Shown here piece by piece: positions 1 through 7,398 of a stretch of 40,000 nt of DNA. Numbering within the stretch: the stretch's first letter is position 1; every line of letters begins with the position of its first letter. The notes below the pieces were generated by a model. The model was given only the letters and a program-made list of their open reading frames with translations, ran no database searches and was not told the origin of the DNA. Origin of the DNA: Marinobacter alexandrii. Lineage in GTDB: Bacteria > Pseudomonadota > Gammaproteobacteria > Pseudomonadales > Oleiphilaceae. The translations under genes and the position numbers were made by a program. The stretch spans positions 1 through 40,000 of the forward strand of contig NZ_SWKM01000014.1 in assembly GCF_005871205.1 (NCBI RefSeq), given 5' to 3'.

Positions 1-45
1 GTAGGGCAGAACTCAATAATTAACCTAGAAGAAATATCTGGCCCC

Positions 46-129
46 ACATAACCAGGCCAGTCACGGCGACGCCTACTACATTGCGGCTTCGCCTCCATTT
101 CGTAGCCGCGCATGCTGGCAGGCGTTAGC
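46..129 (+). other. attC recombination site (family A)
   Basis: CATAACCAGGCCAGTCACGGCGAC...GCGCATGCTGGCAGGCGTTAGC. TAAC box at 49-52, GTTAGC core at 124-129. Confidence 0.8.
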
Positions 130-143
130 ACTTAAGGAGCTTC

Positions 144-587
144 ATGGAGCAGCTTCAGAAAATCGATTCACTTGGGCTCACCGACAAGTACTACGATCTT
201 TGCAGCGAATACCCATTGAGAGTCGGTAGTCCCATTGAAAAGATGCCCTCGCGGGAAGTATTAAAGGCCGCAGATGGAAGAGTCGGTATTCAAAAGTTAA
301 AGGGCCCTGGAACTTGCTATGAGGTTCAAGATGTACCTGATTCTATTCTTTTGAGGTTCATCGTACAAAGCCGAACACGGGTTGAGACGCACTTGGAAGT
401 CCGGGGTCTGAAATTGGAGCACGTGTCCAGTTTCGCCACCCTGTGTTTAGCCGCTAGAGAGGCTGCTGGCAAAGAAAGGCCAGCCCCTCCGTATCCTCGA
501 CCTGAGGCGCACTCTTTGAGTGAGTTGATTGAGGTATTTACTAAACTGCGAGATCTGGCGCTGGAAATTGAAAGGTGTGCACAGTGA
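144..587 (+). CDS. hypothetical cassette protein (147 aa)
   Basis: AAGGAG at 134-139 precedes the ATG by 4 nt. It is the only long ORF in this cassette and an attC follows. Confidence 0.6.
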   Translation: MEQLQKIDSLGLTDKYYDLCSEYPLRVGSPIEKMPSREVLKAADGRVGIQKLKGPGTCYEVQDVPDSILLRFIVQSRTRVETHLEVRGLKLEHVSSFATLCLAAREAAGKERPAPPYPRPEAHSLSELIEVFTKLRDLALEIERCAQ

Positions 588-591
588 CAGG

Positions 592-680
592 TGCTAACCA
601 AGCGGTCAACCGGACACCAAAAGCGTACCGCTTTTGGTTCCCTCCGCTGCGCTCCGGCGCCGGTTACCATCAGCGTTAAT
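592..680 (+). other. attC recombination site (unique type)
   Basis: GCTAACCAAGCGGTCAACCGGAC...CATCAGCGTTAAT. GTTAAT core at 675-680. Confidence 0.75.
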
Positions 681-887
681 GGGCCAAGGCCTCGGAAGGA
701 TTCGGCAGTTAAGCAGGGAGTTGCTTTCAAATGTTCACCACCGTCCAGCTCGTCTCCCCGCAAAACACTGCAAAATCCTTAAGTTTCGTGTTCTGGTTCC
801 TCGCGCCATGGGCTAGTGTGAGTGCAAGCTATTTTGGAGTAGGCATTCGCGTTGGGATGCCAGGGATAAGCCGCCGGGTAACCGGCC
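676..887 (+). repeat. ORF-less cassette body, copy A (candidate structured RNA family)
   Basis: Begins TTAATGGGCCAAGGCCTCGG directly after the crossover G675. Aligns over its whole length with 1302-1513 and 3722-3933. No conserved ORF. Confidence 0.75.
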
Positions 888-969
888 ACTAACAAGGCCA
901 GGCACGGCGACGGCTTTTTCGTTGCGGCTCCGCCTCCACTACAAAGCCGCGCATGCTGGCGGCGTTAGC
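888..969 (+). other. attC recombination site (family A)
   Basis: ACTAACAAGGCCAGGCACGGCGAC...GCGCATGCTGGCGGCGTTAGC. Confidence 0.8.
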
Positions 970-989
970 ATGATAGAGGGATCCAAATT

Positions 990-1208
990 ATGCCGACAAT
1001 CAGAGTGTTTCCATTTACATACTACGATGCAGAGCAGGGCGTTCGCCGTGAAGGCGCAGGAATGTGTACCGAAGAAAGCATTCGAGGGATGCGGGAAAAA
1101 GATCCAACCAAAGATCATCAAGTCATTGAGTCGCGCTCAATCGAGATTCACGAGTCTGATCTGAGCGAGACAGGCAGATATTATCCGCCGCCTGCAGATC
1201 AGGATTAA
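990..1208 (+). CDS. hypothetical small cassette protein (72 aa)
   Basis: ATG lies 9 nt after AGAGGG. It starts just inside the cassette, unlike the competing ORF 922-1164, which starts inside the attC. Stop is in an ATTAACC box. Confidence 0.45.
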   Translation: MPTIRVFPFTYYDAEQGVRREGAGMCTEESIRGMREKDPTKDHQVIESRSIEIHESDLSETGRYYPPPADQD

Positions 1209-1221
1209 CCAAATAAAACGT

Positions 1222-1306
1222 GCTAACAAGCCGCTTAAGGTCGTTCCCGGCCTGGCGGCCGTCCACCGGACGTCCCTGACGGGCCGCCGCTTAGCTCAGC
1301 GTTAAT
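1222..1306 (+). other. attC recombination site (family B)
   Basis: GCTAACAAGCCGCTTAAGGTCGTTCCCGGCC...CCACCGGACG...GCCGCTTAGCTCAGCGTTAAT. Confidence 0.8.
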
Positions 1307-1513
1307 GGCCAAGGCCTCGGAAGGATTCAGCCAGTAAAGCAGGGAGTGGCTTTCAAATGTTTACCACCGTCCAACTCGTCTCCCCGCAAAACACTGCAAA
1401 ATCTGAGAGCTTCGTGTTCTGGTTTCTCGCGCCATGGGCTAGGGTGAGTGAAAGCTGCATTGCAGAGGGCATTCGGATTTGGGTGCCAAGGATAAACCGC
1501 CGGGCAACCGGCC
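1302..1513 (+). repeat. ORF-less cassette body, copy B (candidate structured RNA family)
   Basis: 13 differences from copy C by hand alignment over about 222 nt. Hairpins at 1468-1487 and 1499-1512 (GCAA tetraloop). Confidence 0.75.
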
Positions 1514-1595
1514 ATTAACAAGTGCAGGCACGGCGACGCCCATTACATTGCGCCTTCGGCTCCATTTCATGGGCGCGCATGCTGCAAGCGTTATG
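1514..1595 (+). other. attC recombination site (family A)
   Basis: ATTAACAAGTGCAGGCACGGCGAC...GCGCATGCTGCAAGCGTTATG. Confidence 0.8.
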
Positions 1596-1916
1596 AAGAA
1601 AAATAGCAGAGTAAACCTCATATACATTGTCGGACTGATCCCGGTTGTCTTTGTGGTGGGGTTACTGCTTTTCCTGACCTTGGAAAACTTCCTATCAGGT
1701 CAAGCGACTTACGGCGATAAGTTCGGTAATGCCTATGAGGTGGAGGGGGTAGCTGCAGTAATAGTCAACTTGGGGATACTGGGGCTTGTGTGTTGGTTGG
1801 TCCTCTATATGGTTTATCTCTTCAAGCGATCCCCGGGACTCTTTCGTCTGCATTGCGGCGTTGGAGCAATTAGTAGCTTATGCATCGCGGCAGGCCTGTT
1901 TTATGGACTGTCATAA
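1593..1916 (+). CDS. small integral membrane protein (107 aa)
   Basis: Hydrophobic segments throughout. The ATG lies inside the GTTATG core of the upstream attC. The TAA stop is in the ATAAC box of the next attC. Confidence 0.55.
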   Translation: MKKNSRVNLIYIVGLIPVVFVVGLLLFLTLENFLSGQATYGDKFGNAYEVEGVAAVIVNLGILGLVCWLVLYMVYLFKRSPGLFRLHCGVGAISSLCIAAGLFYGLS

Positions 1917-1996
1917 CAAGCCGCTTAAGTTTGTTCCCGGCCTGTCGGCCGTCCACCGGACGCCACTGTCGTGGCGCCGCTTAGCTCAGCGTTAAT
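1912..1996 (+). other. attC recombination site (family B)
   Basis: 83 nt (1913-1995) identical to 4342-4424. Confidence 0.85.
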
Positions 1997-2017
1997 AGAA
2001 CTCAAGGACCAGGCATC

Positions 2018-2500
2018 GTGAGATTTGAACACATTCTCTTCGCATTTCTCTGCATCCTCGGGGCGGAGGCGTTCGCCTGTGACCCTGCCTCGACGGAGTA
2101 CGGAATCCCCTCTAACGTTAAATCATGCCAGTCCGACTTTAGAAAAATTCATGATCGCCTGGATGAATTTCAGGTCAATCTTACTGATAAAAAAACAGGT
2201 TTGATCGTCAAATTGAGTTCATACCTCGAGGAAAATGCAGATAGGGAAATCGAATGCACGATTCTCGTGACGGGCTGGCTCCCCGGAGAGCTCTGGAAGG
2301 AACAACCGACCAGCTTCATCATGCTTGAGGGAGATTTCAGTAGGTATCTTCGAGTTGCTGATGAGAATGTGCCCGAAAGCTTTAAAAAAATGTTGTACGA
2401 AACTGCAGCGACGAATTTAGCAAAGTTAAAGAGTTTCATTGGAGAGCTCGTCAGCAAAGAACTCAAGCCTCGAGACTACGAAACTGGATCGTGCTCATGA
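2018..2500 (+). CDS. secreted hypothetical protein (160 aa, GTG start)
   Basis: N-terminal signal-like peptide MRFEHILFAFLCILGAEAFAC. AAGGA lies 9 nt upstream. Confidence 0.6.
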   Translation: MRFEHILFAFLCILGAEAFACDPASTEYGIPSNVKSCQSDFRKIHDRLDEFQVNLTDKKTGLIVKLSSYLEENADREIECTILVTGWLPGELWKEQPTSFIMLEGDFSRYLRVADENVPESFKKMLYETAATNLAKLKSFIGELVSKELKPRDYETGSCS

Positions 2501-2510
2501 GGCTAAGTCT

Positions 2511-2593
2511 ATTAACAAGTTGTTGTAGTTCGTTCCGGCCTGCGGCCTCCACCGGACGCCCCTGTCGGGGCGCCGCTAAACAAAAGCGTTATA
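2511..2593 (+). other. attC recombination site (family B)
   Basis: ATTAACAAGTTGTTGTAGTTCGTTCCGGCC...CCACCGGACGCCCCTGTCGGGGCGCC...AGCGTTATA. Confidence 0.8.
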
Positions 2594-2612
2594 AATCAGG
2601 GAGTAGCCATCA

Positions 2613-3026
2613 ATGGAGTGGCGCAAGGACGATTACCTAATCACTGACGATAATTCCAAGGTGCAACTGGATATCGTCCACCGCTTGCTTGCGGCAACCT
2701 ATTGGGGTGACCGCCGTCCCCGAGAAACCGTAGAGCGCATGGTTGCTGGCTCCATCTGCTTCAGTCTTTACCGTGGTGCCACGCAGATTGGTTTTGGGCG
2801 TGCAGTCACCGATAGTGCTACGTTTACCTGGGTTGCGGACATTGTGGTTGAGCCGGAGTTTCGGGGCGCTGGCCTGGGACAGTGGATCATGGAATGTTTG
2901 GTTTCGCACCCTGGCATAACGGGAACTCAAATGGTGTTGCAAACACGCGATGCTCAGGGGTTGTACGAGAAGTTTGGCTTCTCTAGAAATAGTGCTCTCA
3001 TGAGCACCAAAGCCACTGATTTATAA
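2613..3026 (+). CDS. GNAT family N-acetyltransferase
   Basis: Acetyl-CoA motif-A-like segment VVEPEFRGAGLGQWIMECL. The 137 aa size is typical. Stop in the TATAAC box. Confidence 0.8.
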   Translation: MEWRKDDYLITDDNSKVQLDIVHRLLAATYWGDRRPRETVERMVAGSICFSLYRGATQIGFGRAVTDSATFTWVADIVVEPEFRGAGLGQWIMECLVSHPGITGTQMVLQTRDAQGLYEKFGFSRNSALMSTKATDL

Positions 3027-3097
3027 CAAGGCGCATCAGTACGCGGCCTGCGGCCGCCGGACGCCACTGTCGTGGCGCCGCTGTGCTCGGCGTTACT
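3022..3097 (+). other. attC recombination site (family B-related)
   Basis: TATAACAAGGCGC...CCGGACGCCACTGTCGTGGCGCCGCTGTGCTCGGCGTTACT. Confidence 0.75.
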
Positions 3098-3109
3098 GGG
3101 AAGGAGCCC

Positions 3110-3655
3110 ATGAATCAGAATCTTGCGGATGAGCTGTTCACGATGATGACCGAAGACCAGCGGTTGTTGCAGCAACTCTTCGATTCCGGAGAACTGCCAT
3201 TGGACTCTTATCATCCCCGGATGAAAGCCCTGCATGAGCAGAATGCTTCTCGCCTGAAAGAGATTATTGGTGCGCACGGTTGGCCCAGCGTTTCGTTAGT
3301 TGGGGAAGAGACTGCCAAAGCCGCATGGCTGGTCGTTCAGCATTCTGTTTCAGATCCTGAGTTCATGGGCAAGTGTGTCTCCCTGCTAGAAGATGCCGCC
3401 GCGAGAGAGGATGTGGCGGGCTGGCAGTTGGCATTCCTCAAGGATCGGGTGCGCACTCTATCCGGCGAGCCTCAATACTACGGTACCCAGTTTGATACTG
3501 ATGAAAAAGGTTGGCCAACACCGTTTCCTATTGAGGATTCTGCTACGGTTAATGAACGCCGTGCGCGTCTTGGGCTTAACTCCATCGAGGAACGCCAGGA
3601 ACAAATGACTGAGCAGGAGCGGAAGCGCCGTGCCAATGTCGAACAAACCAGTTAA
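3110..3655 (+). CDS. hypothetical cassette protein (181 aa)
   Basis: GGAAGGAG precedes ATG 3110. The upstream part of the tracked ORF (from 3083) lies inside the attC. Stop in the GTTAAC box. Confidence 0.65.
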   Translation: MNQNLADELFTMMTEDQRLLQQLFDSGELPLDSYHPRMKALHEQNASRLKEIIGAHGWPSVSLVGEETAKAAWLVVQHSVSDPEFMGKCVSLLEDAAAREDVAGWQLAFLKDRVRTLSGEPQYYGTQFDTDEKGWPTPFPIEDSATVNERRARLGLNSIEERQEQMTEQERKRRANVEQTS

Positions 3656-3726
3656 CAAAACGCGGCACTCGGACGCCCTTGTCTCCGCTTCGCTGCGTCA
3701 AGGTCGCCGGTGCGCTCTGCGTTAAT
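3651..3726 (+). other. attC recombination site (unique type)
   Basis: GTTAACAAAACGCGGCACTCGGACGCCC...GGTGCGCTCTGCGTTAAT. Confidence 0.75.
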
Positions 3727-3933
3727 GGCCAAGGCCTCGGAAGGATTCAGGCAGTAAAGCAGGGAGTGGCTTTCAAATGTTTACCACCGTCCAATTCGTC
3801 TCCCCGCAAAACACTGCAAAATCTGGAAGCTTCGTGTTCTGGTTCCTCGCGCCATGGGCTAGGGTTGGTGCAAGCTGAATTGCAGAGGGCATTCAGATTT
3901 GGGTGCCAGGGATCAACCGCCGGGTAACCGGCC
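3722..3933 (+). repeat. ORF-less cassette body, copy C (candidate structured RNA family)
   Basis: Aligns end to end with copy B. Hairpin at 3919-3932 has a GUAA tetraloop where copy B has GCAA. Confidence 0.75.
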
Positions 3934-3991
3934 ATTAACAAGTGCGGTCAAGGGACGCTCCTTTCGTCGCGCCCCTGCCGCTGGCGTTATA
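3934..3991 (+). other. attC recombination site (short, 58 bp)
   Basis: ATTAACAAGTGCGGTCAAGGGACGC...GCCGCTGGCGTTATA. Confidence 0.7.
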
Positions 3992-4018
3992 TTTCTTAAA
4001 CCTCAATCAAGGAAGATC

Positions 4019-4345
4019 ATGCGAATATCTACATTACCCCTAATCGTTCTCTGCCTGTTCATGGGCTTCACCTTTTGGGTTATGGCAGGCGCAGAACAGT
4101 CGCTTCTGGCTTTCGGTGCCCAGCTCATGTCCAGCCCTGACACCGCTCAGGTCGTCGTTGATCTCTACATTCTGGCCGCGCTGGCTTGTGTTTGGATGTA
4201 CCAAGACGCCAAAAGCCGTGGCAAAGGTTTGGGCTATCTCATCCCATTCTTCGTCGTAACAGCGGTGTTTGTATCTGCTGGGCCGCTGCTATATTTGGTG
4301 CTGCGTGGCGGGCGAGAGCCGGAAGCCGAAGCCAGCAAAATATAA
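4019..4345 (+). CDS. DUF2834-like small membrane protein (108 aa)
   Basis: AAGGAAGATCATG start context. Three hydrophobic helices. About 88 percent identical by eye to the product of 23717-24046. Family name is from memory. Confidence 0.7.
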   Translation: MRISTLPLIVLCLFMGFTFWVMAGAEQSLLAFGAQLMSSPDTAQVVVDLYILAALACVWMYQDAKSRGKGLGYLIPFFVVTAVFVSAGPLLYLVLRGGREPEAEASKI

Positions 4346-4425
4346 CAAGCCGCTTAAGTTTGTTCCCGGCCTGTCGGCCGTCCACCGGACGCCACTGTCG
4401 TGGCGCCGCTTAGCTCAGCGTTAAA
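4341..4425 (+). other. attC recombination site (family B)
   Basis: Identical over 83 nt to the attC at 1912-1996. Confidence 0.85.
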
Positions 4426-4439
4426 TTTCTAGAGGCAGT

Positions 4440-4967
4440 ATGAAATATTTTCGTTATTTTTTGATCGCTATCCTTGCTGGTGCAGGGTTTTCTCTTGGTA
4501 TTTTATTCGTCTTCTCGTACGCCTTGCCCCATTTTGAAAGCGAGTATCTTGACCCACACAATGCTACAAACGATATGTTTGAGGAAAGAATTAATGAAGT
4601 GGAGTCGAGCATCGGAATGAGTTGCAAGCAACTCCACCGTGAAGCCTACGAATTTGCGATCGACGATATCGGAAACATCATCGACGCAGGCCTGCAAGGG
4701 CGAGATTGGATAAAAGAGATTAGCCCAGATCAAAAACGCTATATCGACGAGGTTACTGAACAACTCTACCAATGTATGCTTTTGGAGCGGCCGGCAGAGC
4801 AATACCTTCAATTGCAATGGCCTGAGTTTTCGGAGTTACAAAGAACATATTCAGCACTCAAAACTTTTTCAACGTCATATGGTGATGGTGAAGCCACTGC
4901 AGAAAAGCTTAAACCTCAGGCACTGGAACGAATGCAGTTCCACTATCAAAATTTAACAAGGCCATGA
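4440..4967 (+). CDS. membrane-anchored hypothetical protein (175 aa)
   Basis: AGAGG lies 4 nt before the ATG. N-terminal TM helix YFLIAILAGAGFSLGILFVF. The stop lies a few nt inside the attC. Confidence 0.6.
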   Translation: MKYFRYFLIAILAGAGFSLGILFVFSYALPHFESEYLDPHNATNDMFEERINEVESSIGMSCKQLHREAYEFAIDDIGNIIDAGLQGRDWIKEISPDQKRYIDEVTEQLYQCMLLERPAEQYLQLQWPEFSELQRTYSALKTFSTSYGDGEATAEKLKPQALERMQFHYQNLTRP

Positions 4968-5033
4968 AGGTTGTTCCGGGCCGATGGCCCTCCACCGGAC
5001 GCCCTTGTCAGGGCGCCGCTTATGGCTGGCGTT
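4952..5033 (+). other. attC recombination site (family B), R' core interrupted by an IS
   Basis: TTTAACAAGGCCATGAAGGTTGTTCCGGGCC...GCGCCGCTTATGGCTGGCGTT, then the IS. The core resumes as GTTACAC at 6865. Confidence 0.75.
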
Positions 5034-6864
5034 GAGGCTGTAGAAAAACCCCGAAATCCCCCCTCGGGTTTGATAGGATCAGGCAAACAGACAAGGAGTC
5101 GTCGGAATGCCCCGTTTCAAGCATTACAATTACGATCAGGACGCCATGGTCGTGATCAACTACCAGGAACAGCTTCAGCCCGGCACCTTTGAACACGCGG
5201 TGCACTATCTCATCGAACACAAGCTGGACCTGTCAGTGTTCCACCCCAAGTACCGCAACGAAGACACTGGTCGGCTTGCCTACGATCCGGCGATCCTGCT
5301 GAAGATCATCCTGTTCGCCTATTCCAAGGGCATCAAGACCAGCCGCGAGATGCAGTGGTGCTGCGAGACCAACATCACCTTCAAGGCCCTGTCCTGCGAT
5401 ACCGTTCCCCACTTCACCACCCTGGCGAAGTTCGTCAGCAGCCATGCGGATGAGATTGAGGCGCTGTTCGAGCAGGTGCTTTTGGTGTGCCACGAACAGG
5501 GGTTACTGGGGAACGAGCTCTTCGCCATCGACGGCTGCAAGATGCCCTCGAATGCCGCCAAGGAATGGTCCGGCACGTTCAAGGAACTGGAAGAGAAACG
5601 GAAGAAGTTGCGACGACTGATCCGCCACCACTTGAAGGAGCACCATGAGCGGGACGAGGCGGAAACCGAAGCCGAACTGGACCGGAACATCCGCCGGGCA
5701 AAGACGGTTCTCTCCCTGGACGAATCCCTGAAGAAAGTGGACCGCTTCCTAAAGACGAACCGCCCAAGGATGGGCCGGGGGAAGCGGAACAAGGAAGTGA
5801 AGAGCAACATCACCGATAACGAAAGCGCCAAGATGACGACCAGCAAGGGCACGATCCAGGGCTACAACGGTGTGGCCACGGTGGACAAGAAACACCAGAT
5901 CATTATTGATGCCCAGGCCTTTGGCGAAGGCCAGGAACACCACACCTTGCAACCGGTGCTGGAAACGGTCGAAGCCCGATTCAGGAAACTGGGTATCGCC
6001 GATAACATCTACCAGCAGGGTACGGTCATCACCGCCGACACCGGCTTTTCCAACGAAGCCAACATGAAATACCTGCACGAACGACAGATCAACGGCTACG
6101 TACCGGACAACCGATTCCGCAGCCGAGACCCGAAGTTCCAGAATCAGAAAGGCAAGTACGGCAAGCGCCATCAGAGCCAGCTGAACACGGGCTGGAAAGA
6201 CATCATTCCGGCCAGTGAGTTTCAGTTCGATCCGGTCAACCTGACCTGCATCTGCCCAGCGGGCGAAAGCCTGAAATACCATGCAACCCGCACGGACCCA
6301 AACGGCCAAAGCCGGGCCTACTTCCAGGGACGTCTGATGCAGTGCCGGAACTGTCCAAAGAAACATCAGTGCATGCAGAACCCGGAGGCTGCCAACCACC
6401 GGAAGGGTAAAGGCCGACAGGTTTCGTTCACCCTCGAGAACAAGCGCCTGCCTAATTACACCGACTGGATGAAGCACCGCGTCGACAGCCAAAAGGGCAA
6501 AGAGATTTATAGTCACCGGATGTCGGTGGTGGAGCCGGTGTTCGGCAACATTGGCACCAACAAACGGCTGAACCGGTTCAGCTTGCGGGGCAGGAAAAAG
6601 GTCCAGGGCCAGTGGCAGCTATACTGCCTGGTGCACAATATTGAGAAACTGGCGAATTATGGGCGGTTAGCCGCGTGATACAGGGATCAGAAGACTGGAA
6701 ATGTGGCTCTTGGGTGCCAGCAATACCGGCACTGAAAGCGGCAAGGAGTCGAATTGATGCGCTGAGCACTGAAATTGGAATCATCGGTCAGTTGATGGCC
6801 GCGACAAATAATTTTAAGAACCAGGCGCTGGGAACGGCTCGAAATCGGGTTTTTCTACAGCCTC
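5034..6864 (+). mobile_element. IS1182-family insertion sequence (1831 bp)
   Basis: Perfect 18-bp terminal inverted repeats GAGGCTGTAGAAAAACCC (5034-5051 and 6847-6864). GTT flanks both ends (5031-5033 and 6865-6867). Single transposase ORF. Confidence 0.85.
5107..6678 (+). CDS. IS1182-family DDE transposase (523 aa)
   Basis: N-terminal YSKGIKTSREMQWCCETNITFKALS... and C-terminal RFSLRGRKKVQGQWQLYCLVHNIEKL match the IS1182/IS5-like transposases I remember. Confidence 0.85.
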   Translation: MPRFKHYNYDQDAMVVINYQEQLQPGTFEHAVHYLIEHKLDLSVFHPKYRNEDTGRLAYDPAILLKIILFAYSKGIKTSREMQWCCETNITFKALSCDTVPHFTTLAKFVSSHADEIEALFEQVLLVCHEQGLLGNELFAIDGCKMPSNAAKEWSGTFKELEEKRKKLRRLIRHHLKEHHERDEAETEAELDRNIRRAKTVLSLDESLKKVDRFLKTNRPRMGRGKRNKEVKSNITDNESAKMTTSKGTIQGYNGVATVDKKHQIIIDAQAFGEGQEHHTLQPVLETVEARFRKLGIADNIYQQGTVITADTGFSNEANMKYLHERQINGYVPDNRFRSRDPKFQNQKGKYGKRHQSQLNTGWKDIIPASEFQFDPVNLTCICPAGESLKYHATRTDPNGQSRAYFQGRLMQCRNCPKKHQCMQNPEAANHRKGKGRQVSFTLENKRLPNYTDWMKHRVDSQKGKEIYSHRMSVVEPVFGNIGTNKRLNRFSLRGRKKVQGQWQLYCLVHNIEKLANYGRLAA

Positions 6865-6874
6865 GTTACACCGC

Positions 6875-7291
6875 ATGAATACAACTGAGTTCGTCGTTTA
6901 CTATCTAATAGCGGTATCAGCGATCTTTTTGCTGATTTCACTGGTGCGTTTTTCTAAGCTGAAACCATTGTTTGGGGCCCGACAAGCCTTGGCATTGGTT
7001 GAGCAGAATCATCGCGCTCGTCTGGACCGGTTGGTTCAGTTGGGAATCAGAATTGAAGGCAGGGGCCCTATACACTTTATCGCGCCTCCACCCTACACTC
7101 CCGACGAAGAATTGGAGGTTGGTGCCGAGATGGAAGTTTGGGTTTCAGATGAACTTCCCGGTGTGGTCTTGAACACAAAGCCTACCTTCTCGTCATTGGT
7201 GGGTAGGGCATTGTATCCAGCGGTCTGTGTCGCGTTCGTTCTCCTGATGCCCATCTTCTTCATTGTGCAGGGCCATTTCGATGGGGTGTAA
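6875..7291 (+). CDS. membrane hypothetical protein (138 aa)
   Basis: ATG lies 7 nt after the restored GTTACAC core. TM helices at both ends. TAA stop in the GTAAC box. Confidence 0.55.
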   Translation: MNTTEFVVYYLIAVSAIFLLISLVRFSKLKPLFGARQALALVEQNHRARLDRLVQLGIRIEGRGPIHFIAPPPYTPDEELEVGAEMEVWVSDELPGVVLNTKPTFSSLVGRALYPAVCVAFVLLMPIFFIVQGHFDGV

Positions 7292-7368
7292 CAAGGCCAG
7301 TCACGGCGACGCCTACTTCATTGCGGCTTCGCCTCCACTTCGTAGCCGCGCATGCTGGCGGCGTTATA
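7287..7368 (+). other. attC recombination site (family A)
   Basis: TGTAACAAGGCCAGTCACGGCGAC...GCGCATGCTGGCGGCGTTATA. Confidence 0.8.
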
Positions 7369-7398
7369 GCAATTAGGTGTCCACAAAAAGGATAAGGG

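Noticed and set aside
922-1164. ORFs or N-terminal extensions that start inside attC sites (922-1164, 1479-1592, 3083-3109, 3899-4018, 9561-9647, 15135-15248 minus, 15823-15966 minus, 15933-15983)
   Set aside because: The extensions translate the palindromic attC sequence. Better starts with Shine-Dalgarno motifs exist just inside each cassette, and the family N-termini (YefM, CcdA, DUF1059, DUF2834) begin at the internal Met.
1437-1516. Resemblance of the ORF-less cassette 3' half to riboswitch fragments (CUAGGGU and GGAUAAACCGCCGGG, reminiscent of ykkC/guanidine-I or ZTP motifs)
   Set aside because: Other obligatory conserved blocks of those riboswitches, such as GGUCCGAGAG and ACACGG, are absent. 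The matching bases also vary between copies.
1327-1521. 64-codon minus-strand ORF inside ORF-less cassette copy B (also 3747-3941 in copy C)
   Set aside because: Copy A has an in-frame TAA at the corresponding position. Ten of the 13 B/C nucleotide differences are nonsynonymous, which is about the random expectation. The start codon lies in the attC box, and the product is low-complexity Pro/Trp/His-rich.
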